64,000 bases of DNA, taken from contig JANJGN010000100.1 in assembly GCA_026770705.1 (NCBI GenBank), forward strand, positions 744,001-808,000, given 5' to 3'. Source of the DNA: Isurus oxyrinchus. Taxonomy: Eukaryota. Shown one piece after another: positions 13,640 through 26,222 of the stretch. A model generated the notes under the pieces. It saw only the letters and a list, made by a program, of their open reading frames with translations. It was not told the origin of the DNA and did no database searches. Position 1 is the first letter of the stretch. Each line of letters begins with the position of its first letter. The position numbers and the translations under genes were made by a program.

Positions 13640-15315
13640 CATGAGACCATAAGACATAGGAGCAGAAATTAGGCCACTCGGCCTATTGAGTCTGCTTCGC
13701 CATTCAATCTTGGCTGATAAGTTTCTCAACCATTTCTCCCGCCTTCTCCCTGCAACCTTTGATCAGCTTACCAATCAAGAACCTATCTATCTCGGTCTTA
13801 AATACACTGAATGACCTGGCCTCCACAACCTTCTGTGGCAATGAATTCCATAGATTCACCACTCTCTGGCTAAAGAAGTTTCTCCTCATCTCTGTTCTGA
13901 CAGGTCTTCCCTTTACTCTGAGGCTGTGCCCTCGGGTCCTAGTCTCTCCTACTAATGGAAACATCCTCCGCACGTTCACTCTATCCAGGCCTTTCAGTAT
14001 TCTGTAAGTTTCAATCAGATCCCCCCTCATCCTGCTGAACTCTATAGAGTATAGACCCAGAGACCTCTAATATTCCGCATATGTTAAGCCTTTCATTCCT
14101 GGGATCATTTTTGTTAACCTCCTCTGGGCCCTCTCCAGGGCCAGCACATCCTTCCTGAGATACAGCGCCAAAAATTGCTCAAAATGTTCTAAATGTGGTC
14201 TGACCAGAGCGTTATGAAGCCTCAGCAGCACATCCTTGCTTTTATATTCTAGTCCTCTCAAAATAAATGCCAACATTGCAATTGCCTTACTAACTACCCA
14301 CTCAACCGGCAAGTTAACCTTAAGAAAATCCCTTTGCACTCCAGATTTCTGAATTCTCTCCGCATTTGGAAAATAGTCTATGCCTCTATTCTTCCTACCA
14401 AAGTGCATGACCTCGCACTTCCCCACGTTGTATTCTATCTGCCACTTCTTTGCCATTCTCCTAAACTGTCCAAATCCTTCTGCAGCCTCCCCGCCTCCTC
14501 AATACTACCTGTCCCTCCACCTATCTTTGTATTATCTGGAAACCTAGCCAGGATGCCCTCAGTTCCTTCATCGAGTTCATTAATGTATAAAGTGAAAAGT
14601 TGTGGTCACAACACTGACCCCTGTGGAACTCCACTAGTCACTGGCCATCATCCTGAGAAGAATCCCCTTATCCCCACTCTCTGCCTCCTGCCAGACAGCC
14701 ATCTTCTATCCATGCTAGTAGCTTGCCTCTAACAGCATGGGCTTTTATCTTACTGAGCAGCCTCCTGTGCGGCACCTTGTCAAAGGCCTTCTGGAAGTCC
14801 AAGTAGATAACATCCATTGGCTCTCCTTTGTCTAACCTACTCGTTACAACCTCAAAGAATTCTAACAGATTTGTCAGGCATGACCTCCCCTTGATGAAAC
14901 CATACTGACTTTGCCCTTTTACCATGCACTTCCAAGTATTCTGAAATCTCAACCTTTATATTGGGCTCTAAAATCTTACCAATGACCGAGGTCAGGCTAA
15001 ACGGCCTGTAATCTCCCATCTTTCGCGTCATTCCCTTCTTAAACAGAGGGCTTACATTTGCAATTTTCCAGTCCTCTGGGACCCTCCCTGACTCGAGTGA
15101 TTCCTGAAAGATCACAAACAACCACCTCCACTGTCTCTTCAGCTATCTCCTTCAGAATTCTTTGGTGTAATCCATCTGGTCCAGGACATTTATCCACCTT
15201 CAGAACTTTCAGTTTTCCAAGCACCTTCTCCTTGGTAATGGCAACATACTCACCTCTGCCCCCCCACCCTCCGACTCTCTTGAACTTTGGGGAGGTTACT
15301 CGTGTCTTCCACTGT
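13640..15315 (-). mobile_element. 5'-truncated CR1-clade LINE (relatively young)
   Basis: Successive frameshifted ORFs: KCPGPDGLH, VPEDWKIANV, YLDFQKAFDKVPH, RGDLIETY...NFFSQRVVNLWNSLP. 3' end at about 13640. Confidence 0.93.
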
Positions 15316-15891
15316 GAAGATATCATTGTGAGCTAGAGCTTTCCTCAACCCCACTGTATCCCACCTCCCAGCAATCATAATAAGTGATTTTCTCATCTAT
15401 TCACATTGATCCATCAACCATCAATTTGCAATCAATACTTTCTTCAACTCTTTACAGTGATCCAGGTTTACATGCAAATACTTTGCTTGTGCTTTCCCCT
15501 TTCTCTCAAACAAAACTTCGCATGACTTCAGAAACCTCATGCTCAATACACGAGATTTGTCATCACATCACCAATTGTTTCTGATCATTAGCTTAAAGAT
15601 CCAGAATCTAGAAACAATGCACCTTTTTTCATTATTGACATATTCCGCTCCTTAATGTGGCAATAATATTACTATGCATTAGGTCTTCTCCTCAATCTTC
15701 TGAATAGGGAGGCTTATAAAATATGTAGATGGAAATTAGTAATGAAACTCAACCTGACACTGTGGGAAAGGTTGAAATTATGCAAATATTGAAATCTTTA
15801 GTTCATCTGTATCTTTGCTATATCTCAGTAAGAAGCTCAACTGCTGAATAAATTTACACATTTTCTCGATACTACTGTGAGCCATCTTTAC

Positions 15892-16049
15892 CTTAAGGAC
15901 TGTCACGTACGAGCTGTATATCATACTTAGAATGAACAAAGTGACGAAAGCGACTACTGTTGATGCAGTGCCTACATCCTCATCGAAGTTTTCTAATCCG
16001 TCTTCCTCTACTAATTGGTCGTCCATACCTTCCATTATTTGAGGGAGTT
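15892..16049 (-). CDS. IgNAR: IgNAR transmembrane exon TM1
   Basis: ttctag acceptor (phase 1) and AAG|gtaaag donor (phase 0). Acidic spacer ELPQIMEGMDDQLVEEDGLENFDED, then TM segment TVVAFVTLFILSMIYSSYVTVLK with the conserved antigen-receptor F..LF.LS..YS..VT motif. Confidence 0.93.
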
Positions 16050-19000
16050 CTAGAATAAATAAACGGAGTGTGTTATAAATGAGATCAGGTTGAATATAGA
16101 CTCGATATAACATAAAGGCGGCAGCTGGCAGGGCACATGAAAAGACCTTAAGTCGATTGAAGTAATTTTCTGAAAACACGGTATGATTGTTGGGGGTGAC
16201 AATCGAGGTCATACAGCTCACCTTGGATAGAGGAGTTATTTTAAATGATAATGTTTGCATTATTTGCACCGTTCCATGAAAAATGATCATTCACCTGTGA
16301 CTGAAGTTTATTTTTACTCTTTTAGCAGCCGCTAACACCAAAATAATCAAAAATCTATTTAGAAGGCGAATTCGGCACTGATCTGAATAGAAAGGTGGAC
16401 TCAGGCTCGAATCACTTGCATTTCACAGGCTACACTAACCAGGAGATCATCAGGCAAATGAGGGCGGAGTCACATTTCAACTCAAGATTCAGCTGCACCT
16501 CATCGGCACAGTTTATGTTCGCCTCTTAGGAGTTATTGACATTTTACGGCAAAGATCATTCGTCGGTAGAAACAAATGATTTCACAGTATTTAAACCGGT
16601 TAAGGTGCATGTATATTGACAGTATAATCTGAACAGCAGCATTACTCTTTACCCAATGTCATCAGATTGGATTGTTATTGATGACGTCAGCATTGCAGTA
16701 TCAACATCTTTGCTATGACTATCGCGATATATTATGTTTACAATTCTCTGGTTACACGGTTACTAAGGTCCTGTGAATTCTGGAATACATTGTGTCGTAT
16801 ATTTCCCTATGGCAGCTCCAGCATTATATCACAATAGCACCATAGGGATGGTTACCCTTTGGGGTAGAACTGTGAGCGCCTGGTTAAAGGTGACGTTAAC
16901 AATTCCCTCAATCCCCTGAACGTGTCACTACTAACTCTCTAATTCTGCAAGCTATCCCACTGGCTGATTTTTCGATTTGTATTGAGCGCAGGTGGCTTAA
17001 GTGAATGCAGAAGCATCGTAATTTTATGTGTACCTGCACCAAAAGAATAAACATTGTCATATTTTATCAAATTCATCGTTCTCATCAAATGCTTGTTTCC
17101 CCTCTATGAGAGTTGAATGATTGACAAGCCTCGTTTTCTGAACAACCAAACAAGACCTTCCAATTTTACAATTCGAAAAAATTTTCGATCCTACAATACC
17201 TACTCTACCTTGAATTCTACCAGGCCATGAGCCCTTCATATATATGAGCTGATGAAGCATTGTAGGATCAGGCAATCTACAGAAATATCTGTACTGGAGT
17301 AAGACCAGCTGTTTAAGCTGTTCAGCCGGACTCGAGTCAACGCAACTGAATAGTACCGAGATAACTCAAAGACTGACATTGTGCAGGACACGGATATAAG
17401 TTGTGTTCACTTACCTATTGCACTTGAACGTGTGCCAAGTAGGGGATATTACGTGTAATATCCACAGCTTCACCAAACACTCGGCAGATAGATAGGCCGA
17501 ATGGCCTCCTTCTTTTCCTGGATAACTGCCACTCTATGAGCATCCAACATCGATAGCTGCCAGACCCTTTAGAAGACTGCTTCCTTCACTCAGCGAGATA
17601 TTTTCCAGCATGGAGTGATCCCACAAGACATAAAAGAGCAGCTCCAACTACTGGAGGTTCAGAGACTCAGCAACATTTGCTTAACTCTGGGCAGGTACAT
17701 CAATACAGTCACCTGGGCATATATTCTCTACATGGCCATGCATACATTTTTCGATGACATGGCTGAGATTTCAGATCAACAATGGATGAAGTATTGTACT
17801 CCTGCTATGTTTCTCACTTAGTAAACCCAGTATAACAGAAAGTTATGCGAGAATGCACTGTCCAGAAGGTGAATTGTGCAATGATCCCTGGTTGACATGT
17901 TTTTGTTTGCCCATCGAAACTTTATTGGGTCTTTTTCAGATTCCGAGGATGTTTGTGGACTGCCTGGTAAGGCGACCTACCAACCAACTCTCTGATCTGC
18001 GCCTTTAATTTTAGTGTATTTTTCAACAGGGCACAATGAATAGCGGCCTGATGCACGTAAACAAGGGGGAAGAAAAAACAGCGCAACTATTGGCAACACG
18101 AATGCGACCAGTTGATTTACTGCAGACTGAGATTCTCCTTGAAAAATCAGTTCTTGGTGCCTCCGCTTCGCATTGGACATACGGACAGATTGTGTGCTAA
18201 ATTATGTGAGCTGAGCAAGGTTGACGATGGTGGCAACAAAGTCATGCCCTGCTTCATAGGTAACCTTTCACTGATTCAGAATTTCCCAAATACTTCATGG
18301 GGAAATAAGAATACTTTTTCAAAAATTTAAATACTTTAGTGTTTGAGTCCACAGCAAGTTAAACTAAAATAACACCCCGAAAAAAACTAAAGGAGCAAAT
18401 AGGAAGCCAGTCTATATAATGCTGTGTCTGGATATAATAGAGATAACAGACTCTGGAAGATATCACTGCTCCTGCAATTCTGCATGGAGTCTTCAACATG
18501 CGCCGGAACTATCGGATCGGGTCAAGAATATGCTTTTCAAATGAAACACAGCAGCACTGAGACTTCACTACCCTTCACACCGTTCGACTGCAATATGAGC
18601 CTCGATCAAGTGCCAGAATTGTGGAAAGGAGATTAATCCACAACCTTCTGATTCAGAAGCCAGGGAAATGTTAATGATGTCCGCTATGATTAAAAATAAA
18701 AATACGGGGATAATTTCAAATCAATGCGCATCTCCGAATGCGATCTTTGGAAATTATACATATCGATCATTCATTGCACAACAACATCAAGTTGCAGCTT
18801 TGCAGCACGATAAACGTGGGGAAAAAGCCTCGAGGTGTTTTATAGGAGCAAAATCAGACAGCACCTGATGCCAAGTGAAGGAAGATCCAATCAGGTCAAG
18901 TAAACAAATCTTTGTAAAATATCGTTTCTTTAATGTGCTTCTTGAAGTAGCAGAGATAGGTAAAAGCAGCGCACAGGTTTAACGATGCATGTGTAGAGCT

Positions 19001-20647
19001 TAGTGTTTGGGCAGTTGACACCCATATTCTATAAGTGATATAGGGAGCTGGTGGCCTAACGGTGATGTCAGTGAGCAAGTAATAGTAGAAATCGCCTTAG
19101 TAATGGTGACCACGAAACTGCCACCGAACGCTGTAAACCAGATCTGCTTCACTAATGCCCCTGACGGAAGGAAATCTGAAATCCGTACATGGACCATGCC
19201 AGTTTCATTGACTTTTAAGCTGTCCTCCACCATGACTTAGAAATACATCAGCTCATGGGCAATTCGGCAACAAGTGCTGGCCTTGCCAGCGACATCCCAT
19301 GAAATAATTAGGACAAAATAAAGAAAATTGAGCATGCACACGAGATCTGAATTGGAGGCACGTGGGGATCCGGGAGGGCAGGCTGACTGGAGCAATAGCC
19401 AGCATAAAGTTTCCCGCTTGGTCGGCAACATGTTAAACTTTTTCAACATTTCTTTCTTCACTCCCGACGCACAGTGGCAACAGTGTGACCCATCTATAAG
19501 AGACCCTCCAGCCAGTCCCTAACGCTACTTTGACAGCACTTTCCAAGCGCGGAACCACTACAATCTAGAAAGAAAAGGACAGCAGATGCGTAGGAACACG
19601 ATCATCTGAAAAGGCTCCTCCAAGTTGCACACCATCTTTACTTGCCACTAAATCATCATTCCATCATTATTTCTGGGTCTAAATCCTGTAATCCCCTACA
19701 GTATTGTGCGTGTCATACGCCACGTGGTTTACAATGGTTCAAGAGAAAAGGTCACCGCCATCTTCTCTAGGACAATTAGAGACAAAACATGACCTTGCCA
19801 GCGACCCAAAAACTAGCCGAATGAATACTTTAAAAAAAAAACAGTTGATCGAGGAGAAAAGCCATGCAGGTATTTAAAAAACAGGAATAAGAATTTTCAA
19901 ACGGTGTAGTTATTTGACTTGGAGCCAGCACAAGAGTAATGGTTAAATGGGGACATGTCGTGAATTGGGCCAACGGCTCAATAATTTTGGATGATTCTTG
20001 TTTGAAAGTGAAGATGTGGAGATGGAGTGTATGGCGGGATTCAAAGATGATAGCTTTGCGATTCTCGAGGAGACAACCTGTACTCGCTTAATATTGACTG
20101 TCTAGACATGCAGCGGAAAAGTGAGAGGCAGTGGAGAATACAGAGAATGGGCAGTGAGGTAGCCCTTTGTCAGTGGCCAAATGGGATAAAGAATTGCGAT
20201 TTAGAAATATGTGGTTGAGGGGCATCATCGGGTTGAAACATGGAAGATGAGTAAATAGTCAGAAGCTAGAAGACTCTCAATGTTAGGTGTTTTTCTGGCT
20301 GGAATTGATTTATCAGAGTGAAACCATTCAAAAATCAGTTTTGGTGAATGTTGTCACTATATAGGTTGAGCGTAACTTCCTCCAATTTATTCAATCCGCC
20401 CTCTAGGTAAATACCTTATTGAGAAAGAGTAAATCACAGTAACTCTGAAAGAACGCTGATGCTTTGTGTAATCTGCTTGAAAGCACACCAAGTATTTCTA
20501 AAAGTGGAGGAACAGACGGGTGTTGCACATTTTGGGTATTAGAGCATATATATCTTATACATTTGCTTCAAAGCATTAATGATCACCACGAAGATATCAC
20601 ACACAGACAAACCATGAATAAGCAAGGCAGCCAATTTTCATTTTGCT

Positions 20648-20653
20648 TTTATT
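20648..20653 (-). terminator. Polyadenylation signal for the secretory IgNAR mRNA
   Basis: AATAAA on minus about 225 bp after the secretory stop codon. Confidence 0.7.
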
Positions 20654-20878
20654 GCAATCAGTTGTGCCACATACAGACAAACTAACCATGCGTCACTAAA
20701 CCCTTCATGAGTTTTTGATAATATGGCAACTTGTATAAAATGCGAACAGTCATTCGCTGCCCTGGAGGGTGATTGTGAGGTCAGATGTTTGGGAGATTTG
20801 TTGATTCCAATGTTGAAATAATTAGGAACCTCACAGCGGTGACATTTCTACAGGAAAGGCCTGGTCAATCATGGCGGG

Positions 20879-21261
20879 TTATGTGCACGATTTAACACTG
20901 TCAGTTAGGTGAAGCGAAACATTAACTAAAGTAGGTTTACCGTGGGATTTATTAATACTTCGGATTAAATTCCTCTCGAGGGACGGGTGGCCCACTAAAC
21001 AGGAGTAAGTGGTGCCAGTGTTCCACTCGGCTGCGGTGAGTCTCAATCTGCCGGCTAAGAAGCTGGAACCATTTCCCTTCTCACTCTCCAGTTGGCTCGG
21101 ATGACCTGAATCCAGAAGGGTGTCATTGGCCATCCAAGCGATGTAAATCTCAGCAGGATAAAAACCGGTGGCGAGACACACCAGCGTTGCCGTATTCTCA
21201 GTGTCGATCTCATCCTCTGACGGAGACAGAATGTAGACTTTGGGACTAATCATTGTGCCAA
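20879..21261 (-). CDS. IgNAR: IgNAR constant exon C5 plus secretory tailpiece
   Basis: ttacag acceptor. VGTMISPKVYILSPSEDEIDTENTATLVCLATGFYP...YSCLVGH...NKSH|GKPTLVNVSLHLTDSVKSCT*. Internal donor CAC G|gtaaac at 20941/20940 for splicing to the membrane exons. Confidence 0.96.
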
Positions 21262-21707
21262 CTGTAAAGAGAGAAATATACAAATATTTTTTTTAAACTG
21301 ACTCTGTCTATTGTTTGGTCTTCACTATACATTTTCTTCTCTTAGAAGTACCATATGTTTGGAAATGTGGAATATTTCCTATCTCATAGGTTTAAAAATC
21401 TTTTTCCTTGCACATGGCTCTCATTCATATTTTTTCTTTTTATTGTTTGCATTGTGGCCCTATTTTTTCCCCCATAGAGTTGGGGAAAGCATTTTAAAGA
21501 AATGCTGACACTGTTGAACTTGGGGATGCAGCAGTTTCAGATTGATTACATTTTCTTTACCATAGTTTTCATCAACGTGGTGACTGGTTGGACCCGGGAC
21601 TGTATTTCATTGATTATACTAGAATTTAACGTTTGGCCTGCTTTTTATTTTCGTTTGGGGCCATTGGCAATTGGACCAGTCCCTGAACGAGTGTTATCTG
21701 TGCTTAC

Positions 21708-22028
21708 CCTTTAATTTCCTCGTTGAGCGTCTCTTTGGTGTTGGTAATTCACTTCCTTCTACAAGACAGACATATTCCACCCCACTGTCCCACTCTGCCG
21801 CAGTGACCGTCAGTTTGCTCACAATGGCCAAATTGCTTCCACTCCACTCAGGATTCTGGGTCTCAACTCCTTCCGTTCTCATTCTCCCATCCACTTGCCA
21901 GGACACGCTGACGCTTTCTAAATCACTGTAAAGGATTTCACAAGCAATGGTCGCTGTCTTTTGAACCCATATCTCTTCAAACGGAGGGTTCAATATATTG
22001 ACAGAAATGTCTGACTCAGGGCAATCAG
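21708..22028 (-). CDS. IgNAR: IgNAR constant exon C4 (N-terminal extra Cys, ADCPES, probable inter-heavy-chain disulfide)
   Basis: ttccag acceptor and gtaagc donor, 321 bp. ADCPESDISVNILNPPFEEIWVQKTATIACEILY...WDSGVEYVCLV. Confidence 0.96.
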
Positions 22029-22799
22029 CTGGAAAGAAAAGCGAACGGTTGTTTCAAACTCTCATGTTGAAATCACGGACGACAAACACTGCAGAATTCT
22101 AGAAAATGTGAAACAGTACTTACTGAAAAGTGATTGAGTTGTTATTATCCTGTTGCTGGTTGAGATAACATGATGCTGCGCTCTCCTAGACTTATTGTTT
22201 TCATTCCTATGGCTTCCATGGATCATGTTCTGAATAATATTCACTGCAATTCTTTCCAGGCTCACCGATTACTCTGACAGGGACTGAATATTTGATTGTA
22301 TTTGCGCTGATTCTGGAGGTCGAACGCTGTCTAGTGGCCTGTAGGTGCTCGATTCTTTTCCCACTCATGTAACGTAATTAAAAGTTCCCTCTATTTATGA
22401 CCCAATGTTTAGTTAATTTTCCCAGGACTGATCAAAGGGCGGACGCGTGCCCTGAGCAAAACTTTATAGACGTTCTGCATGATTTGACACCAAGTTCACT
22501 CACTCAATTGGAGAGTCTAATGTTTTAGAGAGAGTGAAATATCATCCAGTTTGGAAGGACTGCCGCTGGAATTTTGAGTTTAAGCAATTGTTTTGCAGAA
22601 TGTAAAGTGAGGAAATGTGTAGGTTTACCATGATATACCTGACCCAGAGGTACACAAATTTTAAATTAGTAACAATGGACAGGCCTTCTATACTATCCGT
22701 GCACTGAGAGCAATAACAGGTTTACTAACAAAAATGGGGCGGGGGAGGGAGGCGGTGGGGTAGTTTTAAAAAAAATAAAATTCTGCCTCTGGTCAGGGA

Positions 22800-23410
22800 A
22801 ATAAAAACGTAAGAAATCGGAGCCGCAGCAGGCCATTCGATCCCTGAAGGCTCGCCGGCCATTCATTACAAGCATGACCTTCGCCTCTATCTCCAGCTCC
22901 CCACCCACTGCACATATTCCTTGATTCCCTGAAAGACCAACATTTATCCAGACTGTCAGATGTGACCACTTACTTGCCTGTTGGGTTGTCTGATTTAATC
23001 AATCACTTAACAAATCTCCTCTCAACCTCCTCTTATCCAAAGAGAACAGCCCTTCCCTTTAGAATCTACCTACGTAACTGATTCCCGTAACCCTGGAATA
23101 ATTCTCACAATCCCTTTCTGCAGTCTCTCGAAACTTTTCATATTCTTGCTAACTTGTGGTGCCCAGAAATGGACACATTATAAAATACTGATTTGACCTA
23201 AACTGGAATAAAGTATGAACATAATCTCCTTGTTTTGGAACTCTCTGCCTCTGTTTGTACAGCCCTGGTTCTCATTGTTTAATCATTGTCTCCGACTTCC
23301 CCACGCTCATCAATGATTTGTACAGGTATAAGGCCACGTATCCCTGTACTTGCAACCCGTTCGGAATTGCAGCCTTTAGTTTATATTGTCTCTCCTCATT
23401 TGGCAGCAAA
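22800..23410 (-). mobile_element. Degenerate CR1-clade 3' fragments
   Basis: CR1-like tail (ggagccgcagcaggccattcg) and decayed C-terminal RT sequence. Confidence 0.5.
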
Positions 23411-25511
23411 AGAAAATATTTGGAGGGAATGAGGAAATTTTATAAAATAATAATGACAGTGTAATAAAACGAGCCATCTCAATGAGTTTAAACAGGATAA
23501 AACGTGGCAACGAGAAGGAATTTTGCAACCAATTGACAAAAAATGTCCCCAAGTTTTAAAGGGGCAGATTTCAACATTGCAAAGCTCAGATCATCCTTCC
23601 AGCAAAGAAAATGGGATGTTTTAGATCATTTTCTAACGGTTTCCTTGTAACTATTTGAACCAACATGAGACATTTAACTGTATCACATAAACATTATTTT
23701 CTGGTATAAGATCTAACAGGGAAGGTCATTTTGAGTATCTCTGTCAAATGTCGATTGTTTATCATGCAGAGAATGTGGGCCTCGCTGGCCGGGCCAGCAC
23801 TTGTTGCCCATCCATAACTGCGCTCGAGAAGATGGTGGTGAGCTGCCTTCTTGAACCACTGCAGTCTATGTTTTATTGGTACACCCACAATGCTGTTAGG
23901 AAGTGTGTTCCTGGATTTTGACCAGTGGCAGTGAAGCAAACGACAAATATATTTCCAACTCAGGATTGTGTCTTGGAAATATATTGCCTTCCCTTCATTG
24001 TTGTCTGATAAAAATCCTGAAGCTCCCTTCCTAACAGCGCTGCGGGTAAACCTACACCACGTGGACTGGAGCGGTTCAAGAATGCAGCTCACCACCACCT
24101 TCTCACCGGCCACTAGGGATGGGAAGTAAGTGCTGGCCCAGCCAGCGAAGACCACATCCCGTTATGAGTGGGTCAGCAGGGACAGAGTGCGTCAGCAGCC
24201 TATTTTACCGAGAATGCATCACAGCCCAGTCGACTCTTGCCATCAGCAGATGTCCAAACATGTCGACTCCGACGATGGCCACTCAGGCCGTAGGAGGAGC
24301 AAAGAAAGGGTCCCTCACCTGTTACCAGATACGCCCGGATCACTGTACCTTCCAAGAGTCACCGGTTCAGTGTGGTTAACCCAGTGATGAAAAACAGCCT
24401 CATTGAGGGAACATTATTATGAGTTGGTTCACATTACAGTGCATAGGTGCTCAGCGATCAAATGGAGCTCGAGCTTTAAGAGTCTGGGGCTCCGTCAGTC
24501 GAAGTATTTGCCCTGTTATTGCCACTGCTCACTATTGAGTTCTGTTCGTCACCTCTCGAACCTCAGCTAATGGTTGTTCCCAATGAACCCACATAGGCAG
24601 AAAATATCAGCAATTTATTATGCCCTGAATGCATCGCACCCAATTTTAACATTCATTCCAAACTGGCACATCGGTAGCTACCGTAGATTGGGAATCAAAC
24701 CAATGACCATTCCTACTGCACAAACGAAGAGATACCGAGGCCAATTACCAGACACCAAAGGTCAATATCAACGAACTCAGCAAAGTACCTCCAGCTTCCT
24801 GGGAAATCTGAGAATTCCCAGCCAATCACTGAGGCGCTGGGCAATTATTGTGCAGGGTTTTTTTAGCCTTCACTTAAAAAATACTACACCGCCGGAAATG
24901 AAAATGTTGATCAGAGGAGATTAAATTGATCAAAATAAATTGTCACTTCATTAGGTTCAGTCCATGAGGACGTTATTTGCCCAGGCCTGTGACCTCTAAT
25001 GCATTTGTTGCAGTAGCTTTCAAGACTAGAAACATACAAAACGGCTTCGATTGTTCAACTCCCTGGTGACTGGCTGCTTCTGGTTCTGAACTCACTGCTG
25101 AAAAGCAGTCACTGTTGTAGTTTTCTAAAAAAGAAATGAAACAGGGAAGTGGACCGCGCAAAGTCTTAACCCCACTTTGTGGAACAGAGTGTCCCTTAAG
25201 GTGTGCTTAGCACCATCTAAATAAAGCGCTCATTTCCAGAAAACTGAGAAGTTAAGTCTCAGACATTCTTATCCTTCCCCTTATCATCACTGGATTCTCA
25301 AATTGCTTGTGGAGGCGGACATATTGAGTGCTGAGCACTGTACCATCTCTGTGCTGTCTGGGAGATCAGGCCACATTAATTGGTTCCCATACGTTATTTA
25401 GTCCCTGCAACCTGGAGGAATGTACTTGCTAGTGTGGTGGTTCTTCGGTGTTGCTGTCAATTTAAGTACAAACCTTGAATGTGGAAATGCAATCTGAGAA
25501 ACTGTTTTTAC

Positions 25512-25829
25512 CTTTCGTGTTGCTGATGGTCATATTTTCTGTGGATTGTGTAGGTGGGTGTGAGGCGGCACAGGTGTATCTTGCTCCTGACTTCCATTCC
25601 GCTTCAGGTAAAATGAGGAGGCTCTTTGAACTGAAGGTCTGGTCCTGTTCAAGGGCCGTGGGGAAACTGCTGATGTTCGACCTCAAAGCAGCTCCGTTCT
25701 TCTGCCAGGAAATTATTATTTTGTCCGGGTAGAATCCTCTTATCAAACAAGTGAGGGTTGCGGCTTTGGTGCTTTGAATTTCTTCTGGTGATGGAGGCAA
25801 GAGCCGGAGCTTTGGCTCCACTGGCTCGA
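25512..25829 (-). CDS. IgNAR: IgNAR constant exon C3
   Basis: ttacag acceptor and gtaaaa donor, 318 bp. VEPVEPKLRLLPPSPEEIQSTKAATLTCLIRGFYP...WKSGARYTCAASH. Confidence 0.96.
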
Positions 25830-25916
25830 CTGTAACAAAAGTTCAACAACTGTTAGTCTTAACTTCATTGCCATTGGTAAACGTATATATATATATGTAG
25901 GCATGTATAAGCTTAC

Positions 25917-26222
25917 CTCGTTGTTTCTTTCGTGTGCCTTTTGATACCGGAGTCGATGATAGATTGTCCTGTGCTGAACATGAGTATTCAGCCCCGCTCT
26001 CCCACTCTTCCACGCTGCTTGTCAAGCGGCTGATGGTCAGGTACTGGTTACCATCTTGGGTACCGGTTTCGATTTGAACACCTTCAGCCCTCACCTTTCC
26101 ATTCACCTTCCAGGAGATCACAACCTCATTGGGAGCTGTGGACACCACTTCACACACTAGGATGGCAGTTTTATTGATCCAAATATCTTCAACTGTGGGA
26201 TCTCTGAGAAGTACTGTGATAT
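25917..26222 (-). CDS. IgNAR: IgNAR constant exon C2
   Basis: ttgtag acceptor and gtaagc donor, 306 bp. DITVLLRDPTVEDIWINKTAILVCEV...ISWKVNG...EEWESGAEYSCSA...KKQR. Confidence 0.96.

Noticed and set aside
15778-16290. 170-aa ORF as a standalone gene
   Set aside because: Only 15892-16049 is the TM1 exon. The rest is in-frame intron.
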